Positions 61,376-64,000 of a stretch of 64,000 bases of DNA are shown here, piece by piece. The notes beneath the pieces were generated by a model. It was not told the origin of the DNA. It did no database searches and saw nothing but the letters and a program-made list of their open reading frames with translations. Origin of the DNA: Octopus sinensis (Eukaryota); the NCBI RefSeq assembly GCF_006345805.1, contig NC_043019.1:21141360-21205359 (forward strand). Reading direction: 5' to 3'. Position 1 is the first letter of the stretch. The number at the start of each line of letters is the position of its first letter. A program made the translations under genes and the position numbers.

Positions 61376-61865
61376 TTCCTGGAGGACTATGATGAATAAG
61401 AGGGGGCTGAGGACTGATCCTTGATGGACCCATACCCCTACCCAGAATTCCTTGATGAATAAGAGGAGGCTGAGGACTGATCCTTGGTGGACCCCTACCC
61501 AGAATTCTTATAGCAAATATTCTGCTCAATACCACAGATTTGCTTGTCAGTTACTTGACCATAACCACTTGAGAATATCCCTTAGTGGCTGACAATATGT
61601 GCGCCTCTGATCATGAGCAGGAGTAGTGGGGAAGCATCATAGCCATGTGTTGAGAGGGATTCTTCAAGGTTTGAATAAATGTAACAAAAGCAAAGTTTGA
61701 AGAAGCCATTTTTCATACTTTCTAAGGGTAAGCAAATAGGAAATAATAGTTACTACCCAAGGACAAAAACCATTTTACACAGTGTAATAAAAACATAAAA
61801 CTGCTGTCAAAATATTCCTCACACTTCGGTTATGTGTATTAAACTCTGGATATTTCTTTTGCTAG

Positions 61866-62099
61866 ATTATGATGCATATCTACTGTTTTCTGAAGTCACT
61901 TCCATCAGGAGTATCCACATGATTAATGAAATCAGTCTAAACGCACCTGTGCGACCAATTCAGAACAGTACCAGCATGAAAAACGTCATTGGTTTGTCAT
62001 TTGACTACAGAAGACAACGTGTCTTTTACTCTGACATCCAGAGAAGTGAGATTGGAGCTATATCTTTAAAGGATTACTCATTTAAAATCCTTGCAAAAA
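61866..62099 (+). CDS. LRP1: LRP1 exon 38, start of propeller 6
   Basis: tgctag|ATTAT...AAAA|gtaagt; YDAYLLFSEVTSIRSIHMINEISLNAPVRPIQNSTSMKNVIGLSFDYRRQRVFYSDIQRSEIGAISLKDYSFKILAK. Confidence 0.95.
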
Positions 62100-62928
62100 G
62101 TAAGTTTAGTTTTTGTATTTTTTTCTCTTTAAATTATTATCTGTTTTCATCTCATCATTCTTTTTGTCGCTGCCATCATGACCAATGCCATCTACATCAT
62201 AATTATATATGTGTATCTATAGAATAGCTGATATAAATACTGGCTTGTTTTGTTGATTGGTTGTTTGAATCACACTCTACGCCAGTGTTTCTCAACCATC
62301 ATTTGCCTATGGACCTCTTTCATTCCTATTTTATGCTACTGAACCCCCAAGTTGAAAAAAAATCTTACTATATTTTTTATTGGTGCTGGTATTATTGTTA
62401 ATCTATCCAGGGCACTCTGTAAAAGGAGCTTGTGAGCAAGCAGCATTTTAGGGTCAGGAAGATTTTTTTGTTTAAAGTTGAGAACGCGACTACCTCTCTA
62501 GTGCTGGTGCTGCAATAAAATGCATCCAGTACAATCTGTAAAGGAGTTAGGAAGGGCATCAGGCTGTAGAAACCAACCCCAAAAATAAAGCGATAATAAA
62601 AAATAGACAAGTATTTAATTTCAAGAACATTGATTTGAGATCATTAATTATATACCATATGATAAATCTGGATCACAAGTAATTATGACGTGACAGCATG
62701 TACCATGCTTTCACTAATTGCTTTATGTGCCTCTGAAATCACAAGAGGACATATACACCATCACAACCCTATCTAACTTGATGTTGCAGACCCAGGATAT
62801 GATTGCTAAATGGAACGAGAGCTATCACTAGCACTCAGTTGGTACTCATTTTTTTAGCCAAGTAAAGAAATTGTAAAATAAATATTTGAAAACATGCGAA
62901 ACATTTTAACATCATAGAATATACTTAT

Positions 62929-63295
62929 AGACACAAGAAAAAGATTGTGCAAATGTTACACATGGTCCATACTGTCATCTGGTGTAGAAACATGGACATT
63001 GGCAAAAACTTTATCGGACAAACTAAATGCTTTTGAAATGTGGACTTATTGAATATCTTGAATAAAACATAAAACTGATGAAGAAGTGCTACAACTAGCA
63101 AATACAAAAAATGATCACTACTGTCAACTATTAATGAAAGGAAGCTAAAGTTATTTTTGCTCACATTCTTAAGAGCACAAGATATACAAAGGTTGTTACT
63201 AGAAGGAAAGATACATAGCAAACTCTCACAAGGAAGACTTGTAGAACAAACTAATTTGATAACACGAAGGACGTCTGGACTACACAGTCATATGG
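62929..63295 (+). mobile_element. Old RTE (BovB-like) LINE fragment
   Basis: TRKRLCKCYTWSILSSGVETWTL...KLNAFEMWTY*...KTDEEVLQLANTK...QRLLLEGKI with stops and frameshifts. Confidence 0.8.
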
Positions 63296-63304
63296 TGAAT
63301 GTGT

Positions 63305-63538
63305 AAGGCGGCGAGATGGCAGAATCGTTAGCACGTCGGGCGAAATGCGTTGCGGTATTTCGACTGCTGTTACGTTGTGAGTTCAAATTCCGCCGAGGTC
63401 GACATTGCTTTTCATCCTTTCGGGGTCGATTAAATGAGTACCAGTTATGCACTGGGGTCGATGTAATCGACTTAATCCCTTTGTCTGTCCTTGTTTGTCC
63501 CCTCTGTGTTTAGCCCCTTGTAGGTATTAAAGAAATAG
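63305..63538 (+). mobile_element. SINE family B inserted at the end of the RTE fragment
   Basis: GAATGTGTAAG repeated on both sides (63297-63307, 63539-63549). Confidence 0.88.
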
Positions 63539-63803
63539 GAATGTGTAAGAATGACTGAGAAAAGACCCAAATGGAGATCCTTGATATTGAACCTACTGAG
63601 AGCAGATGATATCTAAGGATGATGAAAGACTTGAACAATGAGAAAAGAGGGAATTTGCTTAAAGAAAGCCCACTACCCAGTTCAGAAACCAAACCCACTA
63701 TCTTGCAATAGTGAGCTCCAGTTCTCTCACCACTAGTTTATGCAGCTTCCCATTAATTTCTGAATGAGATCATTAATCATAAATGTATGTCTGTTAATTT
63801 TAG

Positions 63804-63990
63804 ATATTGGTTCTGCTGAAGATTTAGCTTACAGTTCTGAGCTTGACCACCTATACTGGACAAGCCACACTCACAGCTCCATTAGCCGTCTTAATGTCAA
63901 TGACACAGTGGTAAATCCCAAACCAGAAGTCATCTTAGAATTAACAAAAGAAGATTATCTCCGAGCCATTGTAATCAACAGCTGTGAATC
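63804..63990 (+). CDS. LRP1: LRP1 exon 39, propeller 6
   Basis: ttttag|ATATT...GAATC|gtaagt; IGSAEDLAYSSELDHLYWTSHTHSSISRLNVNDTVVNPKPEVILELTKEDYLRAIVINSCE. Confidence 0.94.
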
Positions 63991-64000
63991 GTAAGTAGTA

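Larger units (their letters stand above)
2901..63990 (+). other. LRP1: LRP1 (LDL receptor-related protein 1) orthologue, internal part of gene: 39 coding exons, incomplete at both window ends
   Basis: Manually spliced exons have GT-AG ends, compatible phases and no stops (6221 nt). The peptide follows vertebrate LRP1 collinearly: YWTD propellers, 8 LDLa repeats, and motifs such as '[29 protein letters not shown]', '[11 protein letters not shown]', '[18 protein letters not shown]', 'MKNVIGLSFDY'. Confidence 0.93.

Overview
Eukaryotic, AT-rich, microsatellite- and SINE-dense DNA. The repeat landscape looks like an Octopus (coleoid cephalopod) genome; this is recognition, not a database check. 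The whole window is the interior of one large + strand gene, an LRP1 (LDL-receptor-related protein 1) orthologue. I traced 39 GT-AG coding exons by hand from 2901 to 63990. Every junction is phase-compatible, giving 6221 nt (about 2073 codons) that follow the LRP1 domain order: beta-propellers 1-2, the 8 LDLa repeats of ligand-binding cluster II, EGF repeats, propellers 3-5 and the start of propeller 6. The start and stop codons lie outside the window. Introns hold tRNA-derived SINEs, RTE and CR1/L2 LINE fragments, piggyBac-like MITEs, a non-autonomous Helitron, a foldback element and degenerate mariners. The most notable unexplained signal is four type-I hammerhead-ribozyme-like motifs (1097, 20263, 27827, 60404), all sense to the LRP1 pre-mRNA and all with a palindromic helix III of the dimer-dependent, Penelope-associated type. 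Also notable are a SINE-bounded tandem duplication of a frameshifting exon (real or an assembly artefact), an EGF module missing its C1-C3 disulfide, and a 40-bp minisatellite that reads as an EGF motif.
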